Assembly (NCBI RefSeq): GCF_032444005.1
Contig: NC_091283.1
Span: 467,728,001-467,792,000, forward strand
Source of the DNA: Ranitomeya imitator
Taxonomy: Eukaryota
DNA: 64,000 nucleotides
Reading direction: 5' to 3'
The first letter of the stretch is position 1. Each line of letters opens with the position of its first letter. The position numbers were made by a program, and so were the translations under genes. This document shows positions 47,220 to 60,668 of this stretch, piece after piece. Below the pieces are notes generated by a model. It had not been told where the DNA came from. It was given only the letters and a program-made list of their open reading frames with translations, and searched no databases.

Positions 47220-49650
47220 CCCTCCGTCAGGGGCAATATGTTTCATAACGAGTTTAGGGGCATTGCGCCTGTCCGGCACAGGCTACAAAATTGGCTATAT
47301 TTTCCTTTTTAAAAAATTTCAATGCTCTAAAAGTGATCAGTTACCTTAATAGGAATGTAAGAAATGAGAATACACATAATCAGGTGGAAAAAAAATGTTT
47401 AATAACCAGAAAAGTAATATGTTTCAAAGTGCATACATTTTGCTACTTGCAAAAAAAAAAACCCGACAGTTTTCTTCAAAAACTATTAGTAAACATAAAA
47501 TTTAGATAAGCAAAATAAATTCTAAGGTTGCTGAAATAGTCCTGTACTCCAAATCAGTCACTATCAGATGTCGGCGGGTCACCTGTAAAGTCCACTTGCA
47601 GAGCAATGAGCATGATGTGCAGATGATTTCTGCATGAGACAGGCGAATAGCATTTTTGCAATTTTTTCATGCATAATTTGAGTCTCCTGCGTCCTGTTTC
47701 TACAGTGCAGGTGTGGCATCTCTGTCTTTTGGGTGGTGGGGGAGCTGGTGATTCTTCGCGTTCATGTTCTGTGCGAAATGTTCTCAGCCGCATTTGCATG
47801 CTAGAGGGTATTCCAATTGTTTTCACACTTCTCCTGCGAAGCTCTGCAATGACCAGTTCATGAGCCAATGTTTTTAGATCGAGTCTTCTACGCTGTGATC
47901 CCAGCCGGTTTCCTATGTAAATAACTTGAGAATTTATTCCGGCCACATTTACCATGGTGAAAAAAAATGACCATTGGCCAGCGCCTGACATTTCTGCACA
48001 CGCTGAAAGTAGCACACATCTGATCTGCAGTGTCTACACCACCCTTGTAAAACGTTATCATTTCTGGCTTATTTTGTGCTTCAGACCGAGGATCGATCGC
48101 ATCAGCATCATGAAGCGAGGATACAAGAATAACATTTTTGTTCTTGCATGGGACATAGGACACTAAAACTTTGCCAACACTAAATCCAAACATACCGTGG
48201 TATTGTTCTCTCCCTTTCACATTGATAAACTGTGGCGGCAATTGTGTTTTATTTTTTCGCACAGTACCCACATATGATATTTTTTTGGATTTCAAAAAAT
48301 CATTCAAGCCCACATCAGTAAACCAGTTATCTGCAGTTATATTTCTCCCCGAACCATACAAAGGCTCAGCCATTCGCTTTACCACCTCGCTCGGTGTGTT
48401 GCTTACACCAGGGGTCTCCAACTCCAGTCCTCAAGGCCCACCAACAGGTCATGTTTTCAGGATTTCCTTTGCATTGCACAGGTGCTGCAATTATTACCTG
48501 GGCAAGACTAAGGAAATCCTGAAAACATGACCTGTTGGTGGGCCTTGAGGACTGGAGTTGGGGACCCCTGGCTTACACAATATGGACCTGCTGGCTATTT
48601 CCCCGCATAAACTTCCATATTGTAGGTATAAGTAATCCTGTCAGCAAGGGCAAAAATGTTTAGCCCATATTTGTTTGGTTTAGATGGGATATATTGCCGA
48701 AAGCCACATCTACCACGAAATCCCGGGAGCATTTCATCAATAGTGACATTTTGACCTAGCCAATCGCTTTTTTGACAGGTTTGCAGAAATTATTCAAATA
48801 TCTCACGCATCGCAGCAAGCCGGTCATTTTTTTTCGCTCAGTTCTGGTACTTCTGTCGTCAAAACGAAGACACCGCATTATAATTTTGAATCTATTTATA
48901 TTCATTACTAAGGAAAATTTCTCAATACCATCCCCATCTCTACCCCAGAGCTCCTCCAATCTCTGTCGGTTTGCCCTATAGGCACCTGCAAGATATAGCA
49001 AACCAATAAACGCCCTCAGTTCAATTACATCAATAGGGTTGACATCTTGCTTTCTAATGAAACTGTCCCTTATGGTGTCCATGTACTGATTTGTATATGT
49101 CACAACTGTGACCAGGATGTCATCGGTTAATAAACAGTTCCAGCATTCTATTTCATTTTTAGCATTCCTTGCAGTTCCTATGAGACCAGGAAGGTGCCTC
49201 AAAATGTTATGCGAGCGTGTGCGAGAACCTATAGGGGGTGGCTTTTTTATCCATTTTGTTGTTTTATCTTTACCCAAATAATTTTCTATGTCTTGAGCAT
49301 CCTCCTCACTCTCTCCATCTTGATCTGTATCAGACACATCTGGACATTCTTCCACATCATCTTCTGAATCAATGTCACTTTCTTCCCCTAAATCTTCTAG
49401 CTGTAAGGGGTCTGTCTCATCATCAAGCAGTATATTTTGCACTTGCTCAACATGAAGGGCATTGGGCAAGTCAAATATTCTCCTCGCCATTTCAGAAGAA
49501 AAGCTGAAGCAAGAGAGAGAATATTTCTAACAAAACCTTCTATGACAAATCCACAAATTTAGCACTAGCTATTCATAAAACAAGCTAAAAAAACAATTGG
49601 GATGAATAAAAACAGCAAATACTAACCGTCAAAGGTGTGACACATTCAGG
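47220..49650 (-). pseudogene. piggyBac transposase relic
   Basis: Fragments from 49490 (MARRIFDLP..FIGLLYLAG..RFKIIMRCLRFDD), TIDE, NITADNWFT, KGGVDTADQ, C-terminal RCHTC; frameshifted; right boundary uncertain. Confidence 0.85.
48409..48570. mobile_element. 162-bp hAT MITE inserted in the piggyBac transposase
   Basis: TIR CAGGGGTCTCCAACTCCAGTCCTCAAGG.., 8-bp TSD GCTTACAC; removal restores ..PYCVSNTPSEVV.. Confidence 0.9.
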
Positions 49651-49745
49651 GGCAATGAGCCTGAGAAGCCAAAACACTGATATCTGATCTCCTGCAGCTC
49701 TGCAGCACAAGAGGCTTCTCAGGTTTCACATAGCCTACAGCCTTA

Positions 49746-50708
49746 GGCCATGTTCACACGTTCCTGATTTCCCTGCTGTTTTTTCTGCACTAAAAACCGC
49801 AGCTCTTGGCAGAAAACGCAGGTGCGTTTTTTGGTGCGTTTTTGGTGCGTTTTTTGATGCGTTTTTTAGTGCGGTTTTTTATGCAGTTTTCGCTGCAGAG
49901 TCTGTGTGTTTTCTAGGAAGTTTTTTTAGGGTTAAAATGGCTGAAAATACCCTAACCCTACCCCTACCCCTAACCCTACCTCTACCCCTAACCCTACCCC
50001 TAGTTCTAACTGTAGTGGGGGGAAAAAAAAAATCTTTATTTTATTATTGTTACTACCTATGGGGGTGATAAAGGGGGGGGGGTCATTTACTTTATTTTTT
50101 ATTTTGATCACTGTGAGGTTATCACAGTGATCAAAATGTGCCTGGAACGAATCTGCCGGCCGGCAGATTCGGCGGGCGCACTGCGCATGCGCCCGTCATT
50201 TTGGAAGATGGCGGCGCCCAGGGAGAAGACTGACGGACGGACACTGGGAGGCCCGGTAAGTATAAGGGGGGGAGATGAGGGCACGGGGGGGGGGGGGGCG
50301 TCGGAGCACAGGGGGGGTGGCATCGGAGCATGGGGGGGTGGGATTGGGGCACGGGGGGACAGCCACACTCCGCCCACCCACTTCCTGCTGCAGCGGTTCT
50401 GCACCACAAACCGCAGAAAACCCGCAGATATTTTTTCGTCTGCGGGTTTTACTGCGGGTTTGACCCTCACAATGGAGGTCAATGGGTGCAGAACCGCTGC
50501 AGTTCCGCACAAAGAAGTGACATGGTCCTTCTTTTTTACCGCAGCTATTCAGCGCGGCTTTTTTAGTGCATTTCCGCAATGTGGGCACAGCGGTTCCTGT
50601 TTTCCATAGGGTACATTGTACTGTACCCTGCATGGAAAACAGCTGCGGACCCGCAGCGGCAAAATCGTGGCGGTTCCGCAGTAAAAAACGCATTGTGTGA
50701 ACATGGCC
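49746..50708. mobile_element. Harbinger-type MITE containing degenerate (CCCTAA)-like repeats
   Basis: TTA|GGCCATGTTCACAC ... GTGTGAACATGGCC|TTA. Confidence 0.8.
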
Positions 50709-50711
50709 TTA

Positions 50712-51207
50712 GGGCCCCTTTCCACTTGTGAGAAAAAAAAACGGTCCGTAATCTGGACCGAAAAAACGGATGTAACGTATGCGATTGTCATGCGTTTGTG
50801 ATGCGAGTTCAATGCGATTTTTTAATCGCACCATCCGTTTTACATCCGTATGACATCCGTATGCAATCCGTTTTTTTTCTCTGCAACTATTTTTATACAG
50901 TCATTTACAGGACTCTTTACAGTGTTCTATGCCACAGAATGGTAAGGTATCTGTAAAAAACGTATGGAATACGGATGGTCCGTATTCCATGCGTTTTTTT
51001 TCTCGCACCCATTAACTTGCATTGGCGAGTCTCGTCCGAGACCCGCAGCAAATCGCAGCATGCTGCGATTTTTTTCTCAGTCCGATTTCAGCTGAGAAAA
51101 AAAATCGCAAATGGAATGTCACCTATTGAATAACATTGGTCCGAGTGCAATCCGATTTTTTATCGGATTGCACTCGTCCGTTTTCCTCGCAAGTGGAAAG
51201 GGGCCCT
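50712..51207. mobile_element. Harbinger-type MITE
   Basis: TIRs GGGCCCCTTTCCACTTG / CAAGTGGAAAGGGGCCC; shares the TTA with the previous MITE. Confidence 0.75.
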
Positions 51208-51211
51208 TAAC

Positions 51212-52304
51212 CCCTTTACCCCCAAGGGTGGTTTGCACGTTAATGACCGGGCCAATTTTTACAATTCTGACCACTGTCCCTTTATGAGGTTATAACTCTG
51301 GAACGCTTCAACGGATCCCAGTAATTCTGACATTGTTTTCTTCACGATATTGTACTTCACGATAGTGGTAAAAATTCTTTGATAGTACCTGCGTTTATTT
51401 GTGAAAAAAAAACGGAAATTTGGCGAAAATTAAGAAAATTTTGCAATTTTCCAACTTTGAATTTTTATGCAATTAAATCACAGAGATATGTCACACAAAA
51501 TACTTAATAAGTAACATTTCCCACATGTCTACTTTACATCAGCACAATTTTGGAACCAAAATTTTTTTTTGTTAGGGAGTTATAAGGGTTAAAAGTTGAC
51601 CAGCAATTTCTCATTTTTACAACACCATTTTTTTTTTTAGGGACCACATCTAATTTGAAGTCATTTTGAGGGGTCTATATGATAGAAAATACCCAAGTGT
51701 GACACCATTCTAAAAACTGCACCCCTCAAGGTGCTCAAAACCATATTCAAGAAGTTTATTAACCCTTCTGGTGCTTCACAAGAATTTTTGGAATGTTTAA
51801 ATAAAAATGAACATTTAACTTTTTTTCACAAAAAATATCTTTTCGCCCCCAATTTTTTATTTTCCCAAGGGTAAGAGAAGAAATTGGACCCCAAAAGTTG
51901 TTGTACAATTTGTCCTGAGTACGCTGATACCCCATATGTGGGGGTAAACCACTGTTTGGGCGCATGGGAGAGCTCGGAAGGGAAGGAGCGCCGTTTGACT
52001 TTTCAATGCAAAATTGACAGGAATTGAGATGGAACGCCATGTTGCGTTTGGAGAGCCCCTGATGTGCCTAGACATTGAAACCCCCCACAAGTGACACCAT
52101 TTTGGAAAGTAGACCCCCTAAGGAACTTATCTAGAGGTGTGGTGAGCACTTTGACCCACCAAGTGCTTCACAGAAGTTTATAATGCAGAACCGTAAAAAT
52201 AAAACAAAAATTTTTTCCCACAAAAATTATTGTTTAGCCCCCAGTTTTGTATTTTCCCGAGGGTAACAGGAGAAATTGGACCCCAAAATTTGTTGCCCAA
52301 TTTG
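51212..52304. mobile_element. Left part of a TTAA-target non-autonomous element
   Basis: TTAA|CCCCTTTACCCCCAAGG.. with internal duplicated blocks; related sequence at about 62240-62440; truncated at the Gypsy junction. Confidence 0.55.
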
Positions 52305-54778
52305 CGTGAGCGCAAAGCTGTGCACCATCTGGCGGTGTTCTCTGAGCATAGGCCTGAGCCTATGCAGTGTGATAGGACTTTGACCAGAGCTGAACGGCAA
52401 GAACACAGACGTCGGAATGGGCTGTGTTTTTACTGTGGTGAATCCACTCATGCTATCTCCGATTGTCCTAAGCGCACTAAGCGGTTCGCTAGGTCTGCCA
52501 CCATTGGTACGGTACAGTCTAAATTTCTTTTGTCCGTTACTCTGATTTGCTCTCTGTCGTCCTATTCTGTTATGGCATTTGTGGATTCAGGCGCTGCCCT
52601 GAATTTGATGGACCTGGAGTTTGCCAGGCGTTGTAGTTTTTTCTTGGAGCCCTTGCAGTATCCTATTCCATTGAGAGGAATTGATGCTACGCCTTTGGCC
52701 AAGAATAAGCCTCAGTACTGGACTCAATTGACCATGTGCATGGCTCCTGCACATCAGGAGGATATTCGCTTTTACGTGTTGCATAATCTGCATGATGTGG
52801 TCATTTTGGGGTTGCCATGGCTACAGGTCCATAATCCACTGTTGGATTGGAAATCTATGTCTGTGTCCGGCTGGGGTTGTCAGGGGGTACATGGTGATGT
52901 TCCATTGCTGTCAATTTCGCCTTCCACTCCTTCTGAAGTCCCTGAGTTTTTATCAGATTACCGGGATGTATTTGAGGAGCCTAAATCCGGTGCCCTACCT
53001 CCTCATAGGGACTGCGACTGTGCTATTAATTTGATTCCTGGTAGTAAGTTCCCTAAGGGCCGTCTGTTTAATTTATCTGTGCCAGAGCACGCCGCTATGC
53101 GGAGTTATATAAAGGAATCCTTGGAGAAGGGTCATATTCGTCCGTCGTCGTCACCATTGGGAGCAGGGTTCTTTTTTGTGGCCAAGAAGGATGGTTCTTT
53201 CAGACCTTGTATTGATTACCGCCTCCTTAATAAGATCACAGTCAAATTTCAGTATCCTTTGCCGCTGCTGTCTGATTTATTTGCTCGGATTAAGGGGGCT
53301 AGTTGGTTCACCAAGATAGATCTGCGTGGTGCGTATAATCTTGTGCGAATTAAACAGGGCGATGAATGGAAAACGGCATTTAATACGCCCGAGGGCCATT
53401 TTGAGTACCTGGTTATGCCATTCGGGCTTTCTAATGCTCCATCTGTGTTTCAGTCCTTTATGCATGACATCTTCCGAGAGTACCTGGATAAATTCATGAT
53501 TGTATATTTGGATGACATTTTGGTCTTTTCGGATGATTGGGAGTCTCATGTGAAGCAGGTCAGAATGGTGTTCCAGGTCCTTCGTGCGAATTCCTTGTTT
53601 GTGAAGGGGTCAAAGTGTCTCTTTGGAGTTCAGAAGGTTTCATTTTTGGGTTTCATTTTTTCCCCTTCTACTATCGAGATGGACCCTGTTAAAGTTCAGG
53701 CCATTTATGATTGGACTCAGCCGACATCTGTGAAGAGCTTGCAGAAGTTCCTGGGCTTTGCTAATTTTTATCGTCGCTTCATCGCTAATTTTTCCAGTGT
53801 TGCTAAACCGTTGACTGATTTGACCAAGAAGGGTGCTGATGTGGTCAATTGGTCCTCTGCGGCTGTAGAGGCTTTTCAGGAGTTGAAGCGACGTTTTGCT
53901 TCTGCCCCTGTGTTGTGCCAGCCAGATGTTTTGCTCCCTTTTCAGGTTGAGGTTGATGCTTCTGAAATTGGAGCAGGGGCTGTTTTGTCGCAAAGAAGTT
54001 CTGATGGCTCGGTGATGAAACCATGTGCCTTCTTTTCTAGAAAATTCTCGCCTGCTGAGCGCAATTATGATGTGGGCAATCGGGAGTTGTTGGCCATGAA
54101 GTGGGCATTCGAGGAGTGGCGACATTGGCTTGAAGGAGCTAAACATCGCGTGGTGGTCTTGACGGATCACAAGAATTTAACTTATCTCGAGTCTGACAAA
54201 CGGTTGAATCCTAGACAGGCTCGATGGTCGCTCTTTTTCTCCCGTTTTGATTTTGTGGTTTCATACCTTCCGGGATCTAAGAATGTGAAGGCTGACGCCC
54301 TGTCAAGGAGTTTTGTGCCTGACTCTCCGGGTGTTCCGGAGCCGGCGGGTATTCTTAAAGAAGGGGTAATTTTGTCTGCCATCTCCCCTGATTTGCGGCG
54401 GGTGCTGCAGAAGTTTCAGGCTGATAGACCTGACCGTTGTCCTACGGAGAAACTGTTTGTCCCTGATAGATGGACTTGTAGAGTTATCTCTGAGATTCAT
54501 TGTTCAGTGTTGGCTGGTCATCCTGGAATCTTTGGTACCAGAGATTTGGTGGCTAGATCCTTTTGGTGGCCTTCTTTGTCACGGGATGTGCGTTCTTTTG
54601 TGCAGTCCTGTGGGACTTGTGCTCGGGCTAAGCCCTGCTGTTCTCGTGCCAGTGGGTTGCTTTTGCCGTTGCCGATTCCGAAGAGGCCCTGGACGCATAT
54701 TTCCATTGATTTTATTTCAGATCTCCCTGTTTCTCAAAGGATGTCGGTCATTTGGGTGGTTTGTGATCGCTTCTCTAA
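52305..54778 (+). mobile_element. Gypsy LTR retrotransposon internal fragment (gag knuckle-PR-RT-RNaseH-partial IN), open frame
   Basis: EPMQ..RRR.LCFYCGESTHAISDC, FVDSGA, RPCIDYR, MPFGLSNAP, YLDD, VDAS, HCSVLAGH..C..C, SIDFI..CDRFSK; cut at a TAA by the Harbinger. Confidence 0.92.
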
Positions 54779-55342
54779 GGGTGGTTTCACACTTGCGTTT
54801 TTGTCTGCAGCGTTTTTTTTCCAAAAAACGCATGCGTTTTTTTTTTCCTATATTTAACATTGAAAACTCATGCGTTTTTAGTGGTACACGTTTGGTCGCG
54901 TTTTGAAACGCATGCGTTTTTTTACTGCATGCGTTCATTTTCCAAAATGCAACTTGTAGTATTTTTGAGGGGCGTTTTTTGGACACAAAAAAACGCATGC
55001 GTTTTCATGCGGTTTTTTTTGGACCAAAAATGCATTGGAGTCAATGGGGACGCATGCGTTTTTTTGTGCATGCGTTTTTTTAACAAAGGTTGAATAGACT
55101 GTAGATAAGGCTGTCTAGACACTGATAAGCCTCCCCCATAGCAGCAGGGTTATAAAAGGAAGGTTGGGGGAAGTTTCTGGTCACTTCTCATCAGACTCCA
55201 AAGAAGACAAGACCCTGCTCGGACACATTGGTGGACAAGACCCAGAGCAATGTGAGTATATCCTAGCCAATGCATTTATTTTTAATTTTTTGGATCTACA
55301 TGTCCTAATTTCTTCTTTTTTTTTTTTTCAACATGCATCAGA

Positions 55343-58067
55343 ATGTCTTCTGCGGAGTTTTCATCTGATGAGGAGTTTGAGCCACGCCAGTCAGAAGTGG
55401 ATCACGTCAGTGAGGTTAGTTTTTTGTCCTTCAGCTTGGTAAGTATTGACTGTCGCATCGACACATGAGACAATTTGATTTTTTTTTTTTTATAGAGCAC
55501 TTCAACTGAGGGACGGAGCAGCGGAGTCAAGGTCCGGTGGGAAGACGTCAGCGGGTATGTATACAAGGCAGACTGTCCTCATTGTAATATTCTTGAATCT
55601 TCCTTTCTGTACCCTTGATTTTCTTTTAATTTTTCTTGTATGATCCTTTTCTTAAAGTTGACTTTCATATTCCTGCCCTTTCTCATCTTCTTTTTTTTTC
55701 TTTTTTCCCAATGTGATTGAGCAAACTTATATGATTTTCTTTTACTTTTAGGTTTCACAACGGGACGACGACCGGATTGATAATGACCTCCTGATCACTC
55801 TGGTCCAGGAGCGAGTCCCGTTGTGGGACGGCCGGGATCCACAGCACGCCGTCAATAGTACGCTACGTCGTTTGTGGAGTGAGGTGGCCCAAGCGTTGTG
55901 GGATGGCTGGGAGAATGCCCCGCCACGGGTCCGTAATGCATTTGGTAAGTATTGCACTGCAGTGTGAAGCAGCAGAGACCTTGGCCGGGCTCTCTTGACT
56001 GTGTGTGATGAAAGAAACTTTTTGGAGTTTCTGTCATCACACACAGTCAAGAGAGCACGGCCAAAAGTACTTTTTCTGACCATTATATGTTTTTGTTATT
56101 TCACAGTTGAGAAAATAAGAACAGGTTGGCGTTCCATGAAGGACCGCTTCAACAAGGACCTGCGTGCAGAGAAGAGTGCAGCTAGTGGTTCCGGAGCAAG
56201 GCACCGGCTCTACAAATATCACCGTGTGCTGGCCTTTTTAAGACCGGTCCTTCTCATGAGAACGTAAGTATTTCTCACATGCTTCCGGTTGTATTGCATT
56301 GACATAATCTGTAATTTTAAATTCCACAGGATCTACCGTCTTGCTATATTTTGGTATTAATTTTCTGTATTCTTTTTTCACAGCACACACTGCACGACTG
56401 TCGCACCAGGTTCTGGAGCGGTCCTTCAGCCGGCAGCCACGGACCCGTCCCAGCCATCCAGCAGCGCAGCACCAGGTGGGTCTTCCACACTCACTGGAGA
56501 CCAGGGGGCTGGCCCATCAGGTCTTCCCCTTTCGCAGTCCTCTTTCGCTGCACCCATTTTTGCGGGCTCATCCCGGCAGCGACAGCGGGCTTCGGATAGG
56601 TCCCTCATGCCCGAGTTTTTGCACTTGAGCTCGGTTGTACACGAAGCTATCAAGGCTTTAGGTGACAGAATAGATGTGTCCCATAACCTCTTAGATTGCC
56701 GCATCCAGGATGTCGCCAAAAGCGTTGATCAAGTGAAAGCCGACCTCCAGAAGCCAGCTCATCATTTTTTTAATCAAATCCAACAGGGCATGTCGGAACA
56801 CCTTAGCCCTGATCTCCAGCTGAGTGTGATGCAGGGCTGCAATGTTGCTTTTGTGCAGGCTATGCAGCAGAGTCAGAGTCGTAATGTGGCGGCATATCCA
56901 ACTGTGCCGTCACTGTCACTATTAAACACCATTCCTACCTCTGCTGCATACCACTGCACGGCCACCTCTATTCCCTCAACAGGTGTACTCCACTACAGCG
57001 CCAACACGATGACGAGTGCTGTTGGGCATCCCACCGCCACCACCGTGACAACCGCTGCTCCGGCTTGGACCTCCTCCGCTGACACCACGATGACGCAGGA
57101 CCCTGGCGTGGCATATCGGCCCGGCCCCCTCCCGATGCAGCAGGACCCATCCATGGCATATCGGACCGGCCCACCCCCGATGCAGCAGGACCGAGGCCTG
57201 GCATATCGGACCGGCCCCCCTAACCCCCCCGATGCAGCAGGACCGAGCCGTTGCTTTCCGGGCAGGACACCCCCCCATGCAGCAGGACCCAGGCCAGGCG
57301 TATAGGACGGCCCACCCCCCCATGCAGCAGGACCCAGGCATGGCGTATCGCACCGGGCCCCCCATGATGCAGCAGGACCAAGACATACCTTTCCGGGCAG
57401 GACCCACCCCGATGCAGCAGGACCCTGCCACGGCTTTATGTTCCCCCCCACCAGCAATGCAGCAGGACACTGGTATGGGCTTTGTTTCCCCCCCCCCACA
57501 ACGATGCACCAGGACCCTGGGAGGGTTTTATGTTCCCCCCCCCAACGAGGCACCAGGATCCTGGGAGGGTTTTAGTTTCCCCCCCCCCCCCAACGAGGCA
57601 CCAGGACCCAGGCGGGACTTTATCTTTCCCCCCCCACTACAATGGTGTTGGACTCAGATGTTGCCGAGCGCTCCACAATGGAGACGGACTGTGTTATTGT
57701 GGAGCCGGGTCCTGACGTGTCTCCCGCCCACACTCTACAACCTAGCCCAAGAAGACATCCCCCAACCAGGAAAACCCAAAGAAAAACCGGCAAAACTCAT
57801 AAAAAACAAAAAACTCTGATTATTCCTCCCCCATCACCTACCGATGTGTCTCAATTGTCTGTTGTGTCTCACCCTTCCAGTGTGTCTCAAGCCCCTCATG
57901 TTTTAAGCCCCATCCCCGAACTTCCAGACCCTTCCAGTTTTCTTGCCCCTTCTCCTGCCACCTCTGCCTCCTCCACGGTGAGCCAGGCTTCAGTTCTGAA
58001 CACCCCCCAGTTACGTCACTCAACTCCAAGCCGGCGCGGTACAACCCGTCGCGGTACAAAAAAATAA
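55343..58067 (+). pseudogene. Harbinger Myb/SANT (MADF)-like DNA-binding protein gene, spliced, frameshifted
   Basis: Exons 55343-55414, 55496-55554, 55752-55944 (LITLVQERVPLWD..LWSEVA), 56107-56263 (W.SMKDRF..YKYHRVLAFL), 56384-58067; GT-AG sites; indels in exon 2 and in C-runs. Confidence 0.8.
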
Positions 58068-58950
58068 ATTTGTGTTAATAAAAAAAAAGTTTATTTGCAA
58101 CAATTATGCTTGGTTTATTGTGTCTTTCACCGCTCTCAATACACATCAATACACACCACACACTTATTCTTTTGGCCAAAACATATCTCCAGTAGTATAA
58201 AATACAAGACAACATCAATATGTGTTTCTTTAGTATACAGATATGAGTTGGCCAAAAAAATAGTAGTTATTTCCATACTCTTATTTTTGTACCTAGTGTA
58301 GTGTCACTGTACAAAGAGAAAATGGTGGAAATCAAGTTCAGTACTCAACTGAACCGGTCAGATGTCAAAATAGACACCTGACCTGTTTAGTTGATTACTG
58401 CCTTGTATATTCACCATATTCTATATAGCACATTATGTGACAATGGTTGTCAAACTGATGGGACAATGGTTGTCACACGCTACATATCTATGCTCACCTG
58501 GCCAGGTGTAAGAAATTGTGAATTCATGATCATGTATATGTTTATCATGAATTCATTATTTCTTACACTTGACTTGATGGGTATAGAGAGCGTGACAGTC
58601 TTGACGCAATGACGTCAACAAGATTACCAATAAATAAATAAAAATTTTGTTCCATTATTATAAGTATGCGGCCCGTGTTTTATATCATTCTTTGTAAAGC
58701 AAAATAGGGAGTGCAACAGAGGTCAATTATGATGAAAAAATAAAAATTATTACCTCATCAACTATTACCTACTCCTGGTTTTGGATTACAAAATATGATA
58801 TACATATCTACTGCCCATCTTTGGTCAACCTTTGTTTAGAGAGTAAAAATATAGTAGACATGGTCAACACAACCAACACTAAAGTTTATTAATTAGAAAA
58901 ATTTGTATCAGTATTTAATAATTGGTAAACATAAACATACAACAGGACAT

Positions 58951-60325
58951 TTACACAACATTGTCCTGCCATGACACCCGTCCAATATCGGACACAAAAT
59001 AGGCCGCAAATTGGTCCCGCATAAGACCAACGGCTGCAGTTGACCGCATCGGGTGATGCTGAAAATCAGGCAATGGGTGTGAAACTGGTTCATCAAGTTC
59101 AATGTGGGGTCGCTCCTTAGCCATTATATAATTGTGTAGAACCACACAGGCTTTGACCACCTCGTCCACTGTTTCAACTTTTAGATTGATGGCTGTTGCA
59201 AGAATGCGCCATTTAGCAACCAGAATGCCAAAGCTGCACTCTACGGTTCTTCTGGCCCTGGTCAGTCTGTAGTTGAATATTCTTCTAGTGTGGTCCAAGT
59301 CCCTACTAGAATAGGGCTTCAGGAGATTTTCACACATCTGGAAGGCCTCATCCCCAACCATAACAAATGGCAGCGGTGGGCCTTGAGTGTTGGGGAGAGG
59401 CTGTGGAGGGGGAAAATTAAAATTGTTGCCTTACACCCGACGGCCCATATCCGAGCTCTTGAAGGTCTGGGAATCATTGCCACGGCTAAAACCTCCAATA
59501 TCCACGGCGATGAAGCGACACTCCGCTTCCGCTATTGCCATGAGCACTACCGAAAAATATTTTTTATAATTATAAAACTCAGATCCGGTTCTGGCAGGTT
59601 TGACAATGCGGATGTGCTTTCCATCCACCGAACCTAAACAGTTGGGGAAATCACACACGTTCAAAAATGTATTTGAAATTTCCCGCCACATGTCCACGGT
59701 GGGTACGGGTATAAACTCCTCACGGAGTACATTCCATAACGCACGACAGGTGTCCACAACAATTCCGGACAGGGTTGAGATTCCAAGGCGGTATTGGAAG
59801 TGCAGGGAAGATAAACTCTGTGGCAAGAAATCTAGAAGAAAAAGAAACAAAAAAAAACATTTAAAATTGGCTCTTAATGGTGTGTTTAAATAAGAAAAAG
59901 ATTTAAAAAAAACAACAAAAAATAAATGTCATAACCAAAAAATTGGACTGTCATTGGTTTAGTTTTGGAACGTACCGTAATGTCACTAACAGACGTTCCT
60001 CGGGTGGAATTGCTCTACGGAGCCGTGTGTCCTGTCGCCGTATGGAACCTTCTACACGAGACAGTAAATCCCGGAAAGATTCTTGAGACATTCTCGTGTA
60101 ATCCTGGAATTTCTCCAGGTTGGCATTCAGCTCCGCATAGAGCGTGTGATATGCTCCACGGGTCTCACGCACTTCAATGATAGGGTGCCTCCAAAAACGC
60201 CGATGCTGTCTCCTTCTCCATCTTTGGCAGTTTCGGTCTTGCTCCCAAGCAAAAACACAGGCAAGGAAAATCTTGAAGCTGAACTCCAGTTTGAAATAAA
60301 AGTTCTCCATTGAAAGATCCATCAT
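58951..60325 (-). pseudogene. Harbinger DDE transposase (HARBI1-like fold), two exons, disrupted
   Basis: Exons 60325-59976 and 59831-58951; RMSQESF, PEERLLVTLR, FPNCLGSVDGKH, VGDEAF, RARRTVECSFG; one small deletion and a TAA at 59431. Confidence 0.9.
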
Positions 60326-60578
60326 GACACCGGAAACAGTAGCAAGCTCTGAAAATTTCTGTACCCCTAGGGTCTATATATTGAGAGCCAATCATATACG
60401 CCCTCTCTATTCCCATTGGTTGTGTCTGGTAACCTTTTTTTTAAATTTTTTTTTTTTTTGGAAAATGCACAAAAAAAGCAAACGCATGCAAAAACGCATG
60501 TAAACGCGTGTAAACGCTGCGTTTTTTGGACGCACGCGTTTAACGCGTGCGTCAAAAAAACGCAGCGTTTGCATGCGT

Positions 60579-60668
60579 GTCAGCAGAGTTCCCACATCCC
60601 AGAGCTCGTCCTGTATGAGGTTTAACTATCAGGTCATTCCAGGTGCTCCTAACCACCAGGTCATAACA
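60579..60668 (+). mobile_element. Terminal fragment of an LTR
   Basis: Ends ..ACCACCAGGTCATAACA (inverse of TGTTATGA), similar to the solo LTR terminus at 28112. Confidence 0.5.

Larger units (their letters stand above)
54779..60578. mobile_element. Formerly autonomous two-gene Harbinger transposon, right TIR missing
   Basis: TAA|GGGTGGTTTCACACTTGCG left TIR; convergent Myb/SANT(MADF)-like and DDE transposase genes. Confidence 0.88.

Noticed and set aside
49955-50015. Telomere-like (CCCTAA/CCCTAC)n tract
   Set aside because: Short, degenerate and internal to a MITE; not evidence of a chromosome fusion
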